The notes under the pieces were generated by a model. The model did no database searches. It saw only the letters and a program-made list of their open reading frames with translations, and had not been told where the DNA came from. DNA of 64,000 bases, taken from Epiperipatus broadwayi (lineage: Eukaryota; Animalia; Onychophora). Below are positions 37,801-50,342 of this stretch, piece after piece (within the stretch, counting starts at the first letter, position 1; every line of letters starts with the position of its first letter). The stretch lies in assembly GCA_028023455.1 (NCBI GenBank), contig JAQFVV010000003.1, positions 13,082,001 through 13,146,000 of the forward strand, written 5' to 3'. The position numbers were made by a program, and so were the translations under genes.

Positions 37801-40177
37801 TACACTCATTGCCTATTGGATGTGAAAGGTGACTTGTAATGGCACCTGCTAATTTTTTATTTATTTAATATTTTTTCAAATTGTGAAATGATGAATCTGC
37901 AGATGTGAAGAAACTACTATATTAAATTTAGAGTTTTTGTTAAGTCAGGATTTGTTTTGTAAGAAATGATTAAATTATCATTAGTTTATTAGAAGTGACA
38001 TATAGATATATGAAAGATTGGAATATTTTTGAAATATGTTATCTTATAATCAACAGACTCTTATCTCCCAGATTTATTTATACATAAGCAGTAATAAATT
38101 AATCAATGTTTTGATGAACTTCGATTTCACAAGATTATCAAATTAAGTTCAAATTTTACTATCAGTTTAGTAAATTCATTGATATTTATTTATTTGCTTT
38201 ATCAGTTTTCTACATAAATAAATAATATGATAGTAAAATAGAAGTTCTAAAAAAAGGAAGCATCTTAAAAATAATAATAATAATAATAATAAACCGTTGA
38301 ATAAAATAATGGAAGTATTCATCATATTAACAATATATTTGTTGGTATTTCAGAGCACAGAAGTAGAAGTGTATATCAACATATATCATTTTTTGATTTT
38401 CAGATAAAATTTTAAGGAGGTAGTAAAATGTATTTTCCCCTCTTAAAAGAAATAATGATTTTGTTTTAGTTCAAAAAGAATCACGGTGATTTAAATATAA
38501 CCTTATTTTTGAAAATAAATAATCACATACATGATTACTATTACACTAAAGATAAGCAAATCAAACTGAAAAAAATCAATTGTTATCAAAAGTCAATTTT
38601 TAATAAAAAAAACCAGCATATATGATCAAGAATTATTTGAAAGTACAAACTACAGTCAAACAAAACAGTTCAAAAGTTTACAGCCATCTGAAGATTTGTT
38701 AACTGTAAATAATTAATTGCGAACTTAATAAGAAAAATATTATAACTAAGCTTCCATTTAAAAATATAGGATTCTGATTTGGATAATATGAACATTAGAA
38801 TTGGATAATAGATGATCAGAAATATCAGATATTTTAAATTATCTTTTACATTTTCACCTCAACCTCAGCAAATTAATTAATTCTGGCAACAACTAAAAGA
38901 CCATTCAACCAGAATGCCTTCTTCTATTTGTGGAACAGATTTGGTGAAATTGTCATGATTTGGACAATTATAGTATGAAATTTTCTTGATTTAATTTTAT
39001 GACTCAAAACTGCAAATAATTTGAACACATTGAAAGCCAGGTTTATTGTATTTAGATAATAATCTTATTTTACAAGAGTGTATTGCTTTAATCTACTGTG
39101 ATTATGCAATGAAATAGTATCTTATATTCTCTCTATTACTTTATTTAAGCATTGTTGGGCTTCTAAAGACCAGTTTTGAATTAGAAATAGGTTGATAGTC
39201 TTCATTGATATCTTTCAAAGAATTTAAATCTTTTCTCTATGAGAAAAGACTTACTACTTCTCCAAACACCATTCAAATATTATGTAATTATATGCTATAT
39301 TGAATACATGATAGAGACACAGGCAATTTTTGATACAAAATTTTTCGTAAACACAATTTTTTTTTAACATTTATTATGTAAACACAATTTGCTTAAATTT
39401 ATAAAAAAATAAAAATATTTTTCTAGTGAAATGTAATATCTCAATTATCTGTGGTTTATTAAAAATTGTTTGTTGTAAATAATTGTTTGCCTAACAAATA
39501 AATGATGTTGTCTGCTTCAAAATAAGTATCTGTACTGAACAAAAATATAAATTGACATCAAGGAAAATATTAAGAACAGTTAGATATCTATTTATTGACC
39601 ATTATTAGAAGGTTAATTAAATTGGTTATTATCTATTTAACTGAAAAATAATCTTAAGCTTGTGTGTTGGTCCTGAAAAAAATACAAAACTCATCTGGTC
39701 CAGATTAAAAGTCCAGCTAGTGAATATATCAAGCAGATGTATTAACTGCCATATCATAAGGCTCTTTCATGACATAAATAAGTTTCATAAAATGCATAAA
39801 TAGTCTGCCATCTGAAGAATATCGTGGTGTGTTTTTTCAAATCATGATAGTTTGGTGACATGATTCACATTTCGGAGAGGGAGTCTGGATAACAGGGTCT
39901 CCCAATGTTTGGAAGAAATGTAAACATTAACCAGTCTAATCACATGAAATGCTTTCATTTGTCCATTCTTATACTGTGAAGTAACTGCATTTGAATCATA
40001 AAGAAATTAGTAGCTTTGAAATGTTCTGATGTGAAGCTCAAGGTGAATTGCTTAGATTTGCATTGGATAGTTGAGATGTGTGTTCTTCTTTGGAAGATTC
40101 ATACTTCTGAACTTTTGGCTGCTATCCTTATAATCTTATTAATCGTGCTCAATGATCATTAGTTTCTAGCCTTACTT

Positions 40178-43100
40178 GGTGAAATGGTAAATCTGATTCA
40201 GATTTGCCGTTTCACAGTCTGACCCACCTAATTATTTATTTTACTAACGTTTGCTTTTTTTTATTATTCTAAAAAAATATTTTAACTTTTTTTTTTTAAC
40301 TATCCTGAATAAATCCTAAAATTTATTTTGGATCATATATATATAATTGTACTAACACTGTTATTTCATTTTTATTATTAAAAGAAAAAAATTCAAATAA
40401 TTAACTTTGAATTTTTTTATATATTTTATATATATGTGTGTTTAAAATATCTAAATTTTTTTCAGTATAAGAATCCAAGATGGCCTTTTCTGAAAGATTT
40501 GTACCTTGATAAGAAGTTTAAAATAAATGTTTAAATTAAAAACACTTAAAAATTACCAAAATCCATTTTACTGTGGAATCTCAATTAATTAGTAGAGATT
40601 CTACATCGTTATCTCTAATTAAAAACTAACATAAAATTATACTGAAATCTATTGATCCTTATCGAGGTACAAACTTTCTAAAATTAGAATAAAAGAATGA
40701 TTTCGATTGTTTTTAAAATTGAAAATCACCTGAGGCAGCAGAAATCGAATATGAGTAGGAAGTTATAAATAGTGGTCCTTTTTAGATAGAAAAGAGACCA
40801 GACAGAAAGAGAGTTGTAGAAATCTCCACGCCATGACGATCGAGTGGTAAAAAGGGTAAATCACTGCCCTTTCCTTCCCGAGACCTGAAATCTTCCGTTA
40901 TGCTGCTGTCCAAACCTGGCTTCAAAGAAGCCATCTGCCACCAATGTTTGCCTGCAGAACTCATCCCAGGGAACCCCAAAGTAAAATGATAAGGAGCTTG
41001 AATACTTCCATCAAGATGTTTGAAACTATTATCGTAAGAGTATAAATGTAAAGCTTTTAACTGATTCTTTAACCCTTTTCTTTTAAATTATAATATTTCA
41101 TTAATTCAAGCTCACCATAATTTTTAATATTTTGATTAATTAACTATGAATTTATTTATTTGTTTCATATTATCTTAGCATGAGATTCCATGCTTAGATT
41201 TTTTTTTGATTTTGACTGACTTCACTCGCGGGGACTCAAAGAGAGTAACTTGCTAAAAGAGCAAATTATGTTCATTAGCGGACGGGAACGTTAACAAAGA
41301 ACAATTTAATTTTAAAATAAAATAATTTTGATCTATTTTTATTTCGCAAGTGAAGTTTATGTCGAATATATATATATGTCAAAATAAACATCCTGTGTTT
41401 CTTTAAACAGTTTTTATTATAGATTTCCCAGAATGGGATTCTATTATTTTATATTTCTGCAATTCAAAACAAAAGTAATATGCTATAGATTTTGACTTAG
41501 TAACAGTGCCGCTGGATAGCGTCAGTTGATTATCATGCCTTTTTTTTTTAAGTTAGGAAAGAGGGAAGGGGGGATTTATTCGAGAAATAAATTTCCTTAT
41601 TTCTATATGTATGTTTTCTTTTGTACGTTAAATATTTATATAAAGTAGTTGGTTATGCAGGTGGGTCTCTATACAGTATTAGATCATTTTAAGGCTGTTT
41701 ACTTATAATTCATTCGTATTTAATGATTATAATATCTCGGGTTAATAAAGAATGCTTGGAGTATCATGGACAGACCTCAAATGGTTATTGATTTGGTGGT
41801 GCGGAGTTAGCTTCCGTTTTCACATACTCTGTGAATCAGATAGCTTGGCTGAGATAGAGTTGGTTAGCCTGCATGATACCTGTAGAGGCAGGCACATTGA
41901 CTCTCTGTAAATCCTTTCTCCATATCGGTATATGGACACAAAATGTGGACGTATCGATGTTTCCCGTTTATTCTTCATTGGAATAGGCATACGAGTGTCC
42001 GTAATCTGGCCCGTATGTTCTTACCTACGTTTTTTCACTCCTTTGCATTCGTATATTTATTAACCTGACATTGTTCTGCTTTTCTTTTGCCTATCTAATA
42101 CATAAGCCATAGGGAAATGATTCTACTTAAGGATCTTTGACCTGAATAATCAACTCTTTTGTTTGTTTTCATAATTAGTTAAAATCGTTTGGTTTTGGCT
42201 AATTCACGTTATAATTCTTATAGGTTTGATTTTAGTTGTAAGTCCAACTAAAGTGGCTTGTTTGCTTGATAATTAACTGATCTATTTTTTTTATTATAAC
42301 CGCTTACAGTTTTAAAGTTATTTATAAGCTATGCCAGCAAGGTCCACTAATGTCATAAAACATTAGTTATTGAAAATCTAAATTATTATTTTTACAAAGA
42401 GAAATATAATCAATTTTTTTATTTTATATGTTAGTGGAGTAAGACGTCAAATTAGTCTTATTATATTGAAAATCTAAATTATTATTTTTACAAAGAGAAA
42501 TATAATCAATTTTTTTATTTTATATGTTAGTGGAGTAAGACGTCAAATTAGTCTTATTACAATCATCTATTTAATTAATGTCTTTTTCAATAGAAATGTT
42601 TTTTTTTTAAATCTTGTATAAAGAATTCATGAAAATAGTTATTCTTATATATGTGCGTTAGGCAGATGTTTAAACCTCCCGCTATATTACAACATTTGGT
42701 TCTAGTAAACTATTAACTGTGCAGCCTTTGGTGGCGCTGTTTCTTGTTAAAAACAGAGCGTTATAACATTACTGGGCCGCTAGATTTTTTTTATCTAATA
42801 GATTGTAATTTAACATATGGCTGTAATATTTTTTTTTTAATATTTAATATATTGTTGTTGTTTGTTTTGGACATAATTATTTATTTTTTTTAATATTTAA
42901 TATATTGTTGTTGTTGTTTGTTTTGGACATAATTATTTTTTTTGTTTTCATTTGATAAATTTAAAACTTTAAAGAAGACTTTGACCTTTTTTTGGATCTC
43001 AAAAGTACATAATTTTTGACATACGCCTTTATTGGGGGGGGGGGAGGATTTCCATTCTAAATCTACTGTTTCTTTTTTACATACGTCTTTTATTTTTTGG

Positions 43101-44740
43101 TTTTGGATTCGATACATTTCAAAGTAATAAGGGACAGTTTTAACTTTTTCAATAAAATGTCCGGTATTTTTATTCTTTTTAACAACAAAAATTAAACTCG
43201 GGTTTATTTTTAAAATCTACTTAACGTGCTGTTTATTGATTTAAAACAACAACAACAACAAAAAAACCTCTTTTTGCTTCTAAACGGAACGAATAGGTAT
43301 GTCAAAAGAAGAAGTATTTTTTTTTTAAAAAAAAATCAATCAATCAAGAGATGTCCAACAAACTACACCGCCCCTTTTTAACACTGTCATTCTGGGTGTT
43401 AATTACATGATTTACATATAAAAATAGTCGCAAACAATACACAAATTCTTTCCAGAAAATAAATTTATTAACCACATATGACTGAACTAAATCAACTGTA
43501 ACGAATGGCAGGATGTTTTGGGCTTGAAAAAATGCAACTGCCTCACTTTTTCTGTTTGGGACGTTCCACAAATATAATAACGTGGTAGACATTTTGTTCT
43601 TTTTTTTTCAATTCTCGTCCAAGTCATGACAGAAACGGTATTTTTCCGCCACAACTCCAATCGTCTGCCAGAGAGCTTGAGAAATTTTACTTTGTCTTTT
43701 TTGACCCCCAAAAAAGCCAAAATTAGCCAAAAAAAAAAATTTTGACAAATATCAATAATACGCTGAAAATTACTAGTACGCAAAAATCTTTCAGTTGGGA
43801 AATACAGAAAATCATAAACATCAACAAATAAACACTTGAAAAAGAAGACAATGCTCACACTCTCATCTTAAATTCTGGCGATGATACAAATTCTGTCAAT
43901 ATGCATAGGAATTCAACCCGCAATGAAATCAACGCAAGATATACGATCATAGTATTGTTAGTAGACGTAGTGTTATTGATACACGGAAGTAATTGGCCGT
44001 GTATTATAACCACTACATTCGATCTACTTGTATATTAATGATCATTCATTTATTAGCCATAGGTTCGGCCGCGAAAGCGGTATAATTCTGTGTTTTTACA
44101 CAGAAACAGCGCCAACACAGGCTGCATTGTGAATAATTTACTAGTACCCAAGCTTGTACTAAATGTGCATGGGGAATTTTAAAATCCGTGATCATTTAAT
44201 TACAAAATTATTTTTGTCTTATTTTAAAGGAAAATAACTATAACCAAAAGTAAAAATATATAAACTAAACAATGTAAAAGATAACCGCTAATATAAATTC
44301 TTCATGACTTGTATGATTTATAAAGTTAATTTAAAGTTTGTATTTTTTTTAAAGAGCTTGAGTTAGACTAATGTAAAATGCTTAATGATTTTTAAATACA
44401 TATATAACTAAAACCAAACTTCCAGTGTGCCTCGAATCATTTTATTTACTTTTATTTTAAATAAATTTTGATTTTTAAATATATCTATTAATCAATCACC
44501 CAAGTTCTCATTCTAAAATATATAATTAAATTGAATTTCATGCTTTAAGACTCAGCTGCTGGGATGGTGAAAGTAAAGGAATTCGATCGTATTGTCGAGA
44601 AAGGCTATTGATTAGATCTTTGACCCGGGGATATAGGTAAATAGGGCAGAATTCACGATGTACCTGATTCATATATCTTGTACATGGTCGGACTCGAGGT
44701 AGGGGTTTGTTGGATTGATGTGTGTTTTTTGACCGGTACA
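40178..44740 (+). repeat. 5' LTR (~3.1 kb plus a 1.45 kb Merlin-like insertion)
   Basis: Aligns to 50343-53551 from (g)gtgaaatggtaaatctg to gaccggtACA. Contains a ~100 bp tandem duplication at about 42367-42558 that is absent from the 3' LTR. Confidence 0.9.
42698..44148 (-). mobile_element. internally deleted Merlin-like (IS1016/ISXO2-type) DNA transposon inserted in the 5' LTR
   Basis: About 60 bp imperfect TIRs starting GG(T/A)(T/A)CTAGTAAA. 8 bp target CAAGCTTG (44149-44156; degenerate CAACATTT at 42690-42697; single copy in the 3' LTR near 52951). The minus ORF 43344-43592 looks like a fused N-terminus (LYLWNVP...EAVAFFQAQNILP) and C-terminus (SYV..F.FW...SLLDI) of a Merlin transposase. 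The superfamily call is from motif recall. Confidence 0.65.
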
Positions 44741-46036
44741 TTGTATTTTTTTTTCCGGGTTTTGGACACCCATCCATGAGGCTATTAGATATTCCCACAC
44801 CCTATATAATGTTAAGCATATATATATAAGGTTTTTTGAATAACACTAAATAATAAATATATGCAATATTTTTTTTACCAGAGTTTGTATGATGTTTGGC
44901 ACCCACTGCAAAACCCGAATAATATTTAATGTATATAATGTGTTTTTTTGTTATGCTTTTTGACACAATAATGAATAATGTATACGTGTAAATTTTTTTT
45001 TCCGAGTTTTGGATGCTCGAAAATGGTGGGGATTTTAGATAAATACCTACACCATGATGAATATGTTGATAAAATGAAATGTGTGAAATACACATGTATT
45101 TTTTTGGCTGTATTTTGTGGTAGAGAATAAGAATAATGGGTCCACAAATAGCTGGTACCCAGAATTAAAAGTGATATATGTACATAGACTCAAAATAGAA
45201 GGGAAAATATACAAGATTTTTTTTTCTATCTGTGATTTTTCTTCATGTGTAAAATATAAAAGAAAAATAAACCAAATCCTGTATGTTTTGGTGTATAAAT
45301 AAATATCCAGAGTCTGTAAAATATTGTGATATAAAAAAATAAAAAAATAACTAAATGAAAATTGTGTAATAGCAACAAATGTTTGTTATTAGAGACTTGG
45401 GTGAATAAATTATTAATAATAAAGCATATATATTTTATTGGCTGGCGCACATACAAAAAAAATTTGCCAATAGTTTAATTGAATAGTTTCAAACACAAAT
45501 AGTGTTATTTAAGATTCAAACCTGGGAGAATGAAATGGTTAAAGAGTCAGTCCAACTTAAATGTAAATTAAATCATGTAAACCAATTGTTATCAACCAAA
45601 TGACGTATGATCAATGTCAAATCTGTCCAGGCACAGGAAAGCAACCAGAGGTAAAAAAATAAAAGAATAAATTTGTTTTGTTTCATATAGGAAAATAGTT
45701 GAGTTTTTGCTAAAAAAAATTTTTTCATTAATTAAGAAAATAGCTGAGTGGCAAATAATTTTATAACTAAAAGCAGTAAACAGAGCAGGAGATGAATTAA
45801 AGGAAGAACAGGTAGTAGTAGGATGGAAGATATTTTAGGAGGCAAGGGTGGTGTAACCCATTAAAGTCAGATAAATATATAGAGTTTTGTTTATCCCACA
45901 GTAAAAAAAAAAAAAGAATAGTTTCAGAATCAAAGTTTAAACAGTATATTTTTTCTAAGTGAAGAAAAAGTTCAGATTTTAAGTGAAGTGTACAAAGAAA
46001 AGTAATAAATTTTTTTACAAATATTTTCTGTTTTAG

Positions 46037-46860
46037 ATGGAGTGCACAAAAGAGGAGCAGGTGGATGAGCAACAGAAAAATGCGGAAGAGAAGATGATGT
46101 CTGAGATGATGTCCATAACGATGGAAAATTCAAAGATGATGATGAACAGTATTATGGCAACAATGAGGTATGAAATTGAGAGAACAATGTAAAAGCATCC
46201 AAAAGCTGTAGATCAAAGAATAGCCATCATAGAAACAGAGGCTAATGAGAAGACCACCAACACTAAAGTTCAAACCCCTTCAAGTGGCTCACAGGGACCA
46301 TCATTGATATCTCAACTGATCCATATCCAGGAGTTCCAAGGTGAGCCTGGAGGGAAATCAATAGAGCACATAGAAAGCCTGAGGGAACTGTTCCATGTTC
46401 GCGCAATGGATGAGGCTGAGAAAGTGGCTGTTACGAGCCATTATTTGAAAAACACTGTGAAGGATTGGTGGAGGTCATTAGCACAGAAACCACAAAACTT
46501 CAAAGAATATGAACAAGCTGTGATAGGGCAATTTTGGAGTGATGAGTGCCAAAAAGATAAGATTCAAACTTTGACGGCCGAAAAATATCAAGGTAGCCAG
46601 CAAGGAACTTTCACCCAATTTTTTTTTAAACAAGTGGTGAAGTTTCAAACCCTAACCGCCTTCACTTACTCTGGTGCACGCATTATATGCATTATAAAGA
46701 ACAATATGCCCATATGGGTCCAAAGGATAATGTTAAGCTGCCAAAGTGACATCATCCCTGAGATGGGAAGATTTTTAACCTCTATTAGTGATAAAGACAC
46801 AGGAGTGGAACAAAAGAGTCAAAGTAACCGAAAAATAGAAATAACTGAGGAAAATTCAAG
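46037..46860 (+). pseudogene. Gypsy gag-like region with an in-frame stop
   Basis: An ATG at 46037 opens an acidic, coiled-coil-like frame. After a TAA at about 46190 the frame continues into ORF 46304-47476 with retrotransposon-gag-like motifs (YLKNTVKDWWRSL...EYEQAVIGQFWS). Confidence 0.7.
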
Positions 46861-46899
46861 AACCACAATCATCCACAAAGGAGATAGATCCAGGAACAA

Positions 46900-49800
46900 T
46901 AGCATGGGAAATCTCTTCCCAATTGTGCAGATAACAGTCGAGACCCAGAGAGTGCAAGCATTAATGGATTCGGGAAGCCAAGTATCCCTGATATCAAAAG
47001 CTTGGTTTGAAAATATGAAGAGATTAAAAGAATTCATGAAGCTCCCAACATGGCCCATTGGCCTAACTCTGGCAAATGGATGTAAATCAATGAGTGAAAA
47101 TTACCAAATATGGTTGGACGTGAGAATAAATCAAATATCTTTAGGACAGGCCTTTTTAGTCATGGATGGATTTATTTATAACATGGTGTTGGGATCAGAT
47201 TTTTTAATACAACATGAAGGCATCATTGATTACTCCCAAACGACCTGTTACATAAAGCAAGAGACCGTGAAATTTCAGGACACCCAGAAGAATCAGGTGG
47301 ATAACCGCAGCTGTATCATTCAACTGATTGACCCGGCATTGATCTTGACAAAGGTACAAGAAGCAGCGATTGCCAATCCCAGAGACAGGAACCAAATTAA
47401 AGAAATGTTGAAAAACTATTCCAAGGTATTTTCCCAAAGTCCTGGGTCAAATCAAAAGTTATACCCACCACATTAGATTAAAAGAGGAATCATATGCCCA
47501 ATCCAAAACCTACCCAATCCCCTTCCAATACAAAGAAGAGGTGGAGAGTCAAATTAAACAGATGATGCAATGGGGAATCATCGAACAGGGAGCATCCTCT
47601 TATAATAATCCTTTAGTGGTCGTAAGAAAAAGGAGCGGTGACCTTCGTTTGTGCCTTGATGCTTGTAAATTGAACAGCATGACCATACCAGAGAGAGAGA
47701 CATCCCTTCCATCTATCCAAGAAGTCTTTGTTCGTCTGGCTGGAAAAACTATTTTTTCCACTTTGGATTTAACTGTAAATTATTGGCAGATGGCCCTTGA
47801 TCCAAGAGATCGAAAATGTACTGCTTTTCGGTATAACGGCCAAAGCCATGTATTCAAGAGGGTACCTTTCGGCCTTATAAACAGTGGTGCAGGGTTGATG
47901 CGCTGTCTCAAACAAGTACTCTCAGAGGAATTGCAAGACCATATGGTCTTCTATGTTGAAGCTATTGAGAAATTCCCAACCACCCGCAAGCAAGTCTGTT
48001 CTTTCCTGGGATTATGTAATTTCTATCATAAATTCTCCCCCAGGTTTGCATTGGAAACAACTCATTTGATTGATCTTTTATGTAAAAATAAGATGTGGGT
48101 GTGGACCAGCGTGAAAACATCACCATTAATTTGGAAAAGAGCCGCTTTGCCCTGAAAGAAATCTCATTCTTGGGTCACATCAGTAGCGCAGATGGAATAA
48201 AACCTCACCCTGAAAAAATTGAAGCTATTGAGAAATTCCCAACCACCCGCAAGCAAGTCCGTTCTTTCCTGGGATTATGTAATTTCTGTCATAAATTCTA
48301 CCCCAGGTTTGCATTGGAAACAACTCATTTGATTGATCTTTTATGTAAAAAGTAGGAGGTGGGCATGGACCACCACTCACAATCAGGACCTTCAAGTTAT
48401 CAAAAATAAGTTTTTACAGGCCATAATGCTTGGACCACCACTCACAATCAGGACCTTCAAGTAATCAAAAATAAGTTTTTACAGGCCATAATGCTCCACC
48501 ACCCAGATTTTAACCACCCCTTCTATGTCCAAACCGACAGTAGTAAGTAGTAGTAGGTGCTGTGTTATTTCAAGTGGGCGAAAGAGGACAACACCAAGTT
48601 CTCTATTTTATCAGCCGAACTTTAAAAGGGGCTGAAGTAAACTATACCACAATGGAGCAGGAAACACTTGCTATTGTGTGGGCTTTTCAAAAATTCAAGC
48701 AATTTCTCCTGGGGTCTGAGGTAATCATAATTACCAACCAGAGGTGTTTGGAATTTTTAAACAAGAGTTTCCTCACAAATGAACGGCTCATTCATTGGAG
48801 TTTGACCCTACAGAAATTCAGGTATAGTGTAGTCTACTGCCCAGGACCAGAAAATGTGGTGGCTGACATTTTAAGCCATCACCCTTTACCGATGAATCCT
48901 CAGAACTCTGAACTGCATGATCAAACTGCCCAGATTATGGTAACCCGGAAGGAAACTACTATTGAGGATGAACTGCAGGACTTACAATATTGGCAACAAG
49001 CTGAAAAACAATATGGACAAATAATCACTGAGCTGAAAAAGGATCTGTATGAGAGAAGTAAACATTTTCAGAAAAGATGTTCGCAGTACTGGCTTAGGGA
49101 TGAGATACTACAAATTAAAACAAAGGAATGAGATAGCCCACGGGCCTCAGAAAACTGAAGAAGCTATTAGGCGCCAGTTCTATTGGCCCAGTCTATATTC
49201 TCAAATCCTTCTCATCCTCAGGAGGTGCACCAAATGTGCTCAGAATAAACACCCAAACAGGTCCTATGTGGGACCCCTCCATCCCATTACTTTAACAAAA
49301 CCAAATGAACTGCACGCCGTGGACCACTATGGGCCATTGCCGTCATTTCAACAGTTTCAGTACTAACTCATTGCATATGATGTATTTTCAAAGTATGTAT
49401 GGGCATACCCTGTAAGAGCTGCAGATTCAAGAAATGCTATTCGCGTGCTCCAACAAAAGCAATTTCCAGAAGTAGGACCAGAAGTAATCCTATTGGACTA
49501 TGGGACTGCATTTACTTCAAAGGAGTGGACTAGATGGATTGAGAAACAAGGACTACCTCACCAGTTAACATCTGTTAGAAACCCTCAATCTAATCTGTGT
49601 GAAAAAGTCATGAGAGAAATTAACAGGCTCTTCCGCACGTACACATCTCACGATCATCGGGGATGGGTAAGGAGAACTGATGAAATTGTAAGGTACATCA
49701 ACCATACCTTGAACGAGTCAACAGGATTCACCCCAAAAAGACTTCACTATGGAAAACCGTGCCCGAAATATTTGGTAAACTTGGCCAAAAGAGGATCTGG

Positions 49801-50113
49801 TTATCCACCCTGAAGAGGACCAAAAGGAAGCCCGTGCTCATATGGAAAGGATGGCCCAGGTAAGAATGAAAAGATATCACAATCCACCCCAGAAATTTCA
49901 AGAAGGGGATATGGTGTGGCTTAGAGCACCAAAACCAAGTAATGTGACCAAGAAGGAATTCAAAAAAATTCTTCCCGCTTTACCATGGTCCTTACAAGAT
50001 CCAAAGAAAATGTCAGGAGAATGCAGTTTTATTAGAAGGAGAACAAGGAAATAGAGGAACTTTTAATGCCAGGCAGTTAAAGCCTTATGTCCCACCAGAT
50101 CCAGGGAGATAGG
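46900..50113 (+). pseudogene. Gypsy pol (aspartic protease, RT, RNase H, integrase), frameshifted
   Basis: Protease ALMDSGSQVSLI. RT YNNPLVVVRK.SGDLRLCLD, FSTLDL..YWQ and RVPFGL. RNase H YFISRTL..AEVNYTTMEQE.LAIVWA..KFKQFLLG. Integrase H...FYWP..C.KC, VDHYGPLP, DYGTAFTS and PQSNLCEKV.REI. Confidence 0.95.
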
Positions 50114-50330
50114 ACAAAGTATTTAATCCGAATTGATATTTTGTTATTAACAGGAATTTATAAATGGACTAAGACATGGAAAAGAATTTTTAGATTTAGA
50201 AGACATTTCAGATTGTAACCAAAGACTAGGTAGTGTGAGAAATAGGTGGTTGGGACTCTGTGACCTGGAAAGTTTTAAAAATTTTGTGTATGTATTAAAA
50301 AATATATATATGTATAGATTTTTTTTTCGT

Positions 50331-50342
50331 GAAATGGGGGAG
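50331..50342 (+). promoter_or_regulatory. polypurine tract (PPT)
   Basis: GAAATGGGGGAG immediately 5' of the 3' LTR start TGTGAAA. Confidence 0.8.

Noticed and set aside
45443-45452. TGGCGCACAT as primer-binding site
   Set aside because: It is about 700 bp from the end of LTR homology, is not preceded by a CA LTR end, and no matching tRNA 3' end was recognised.
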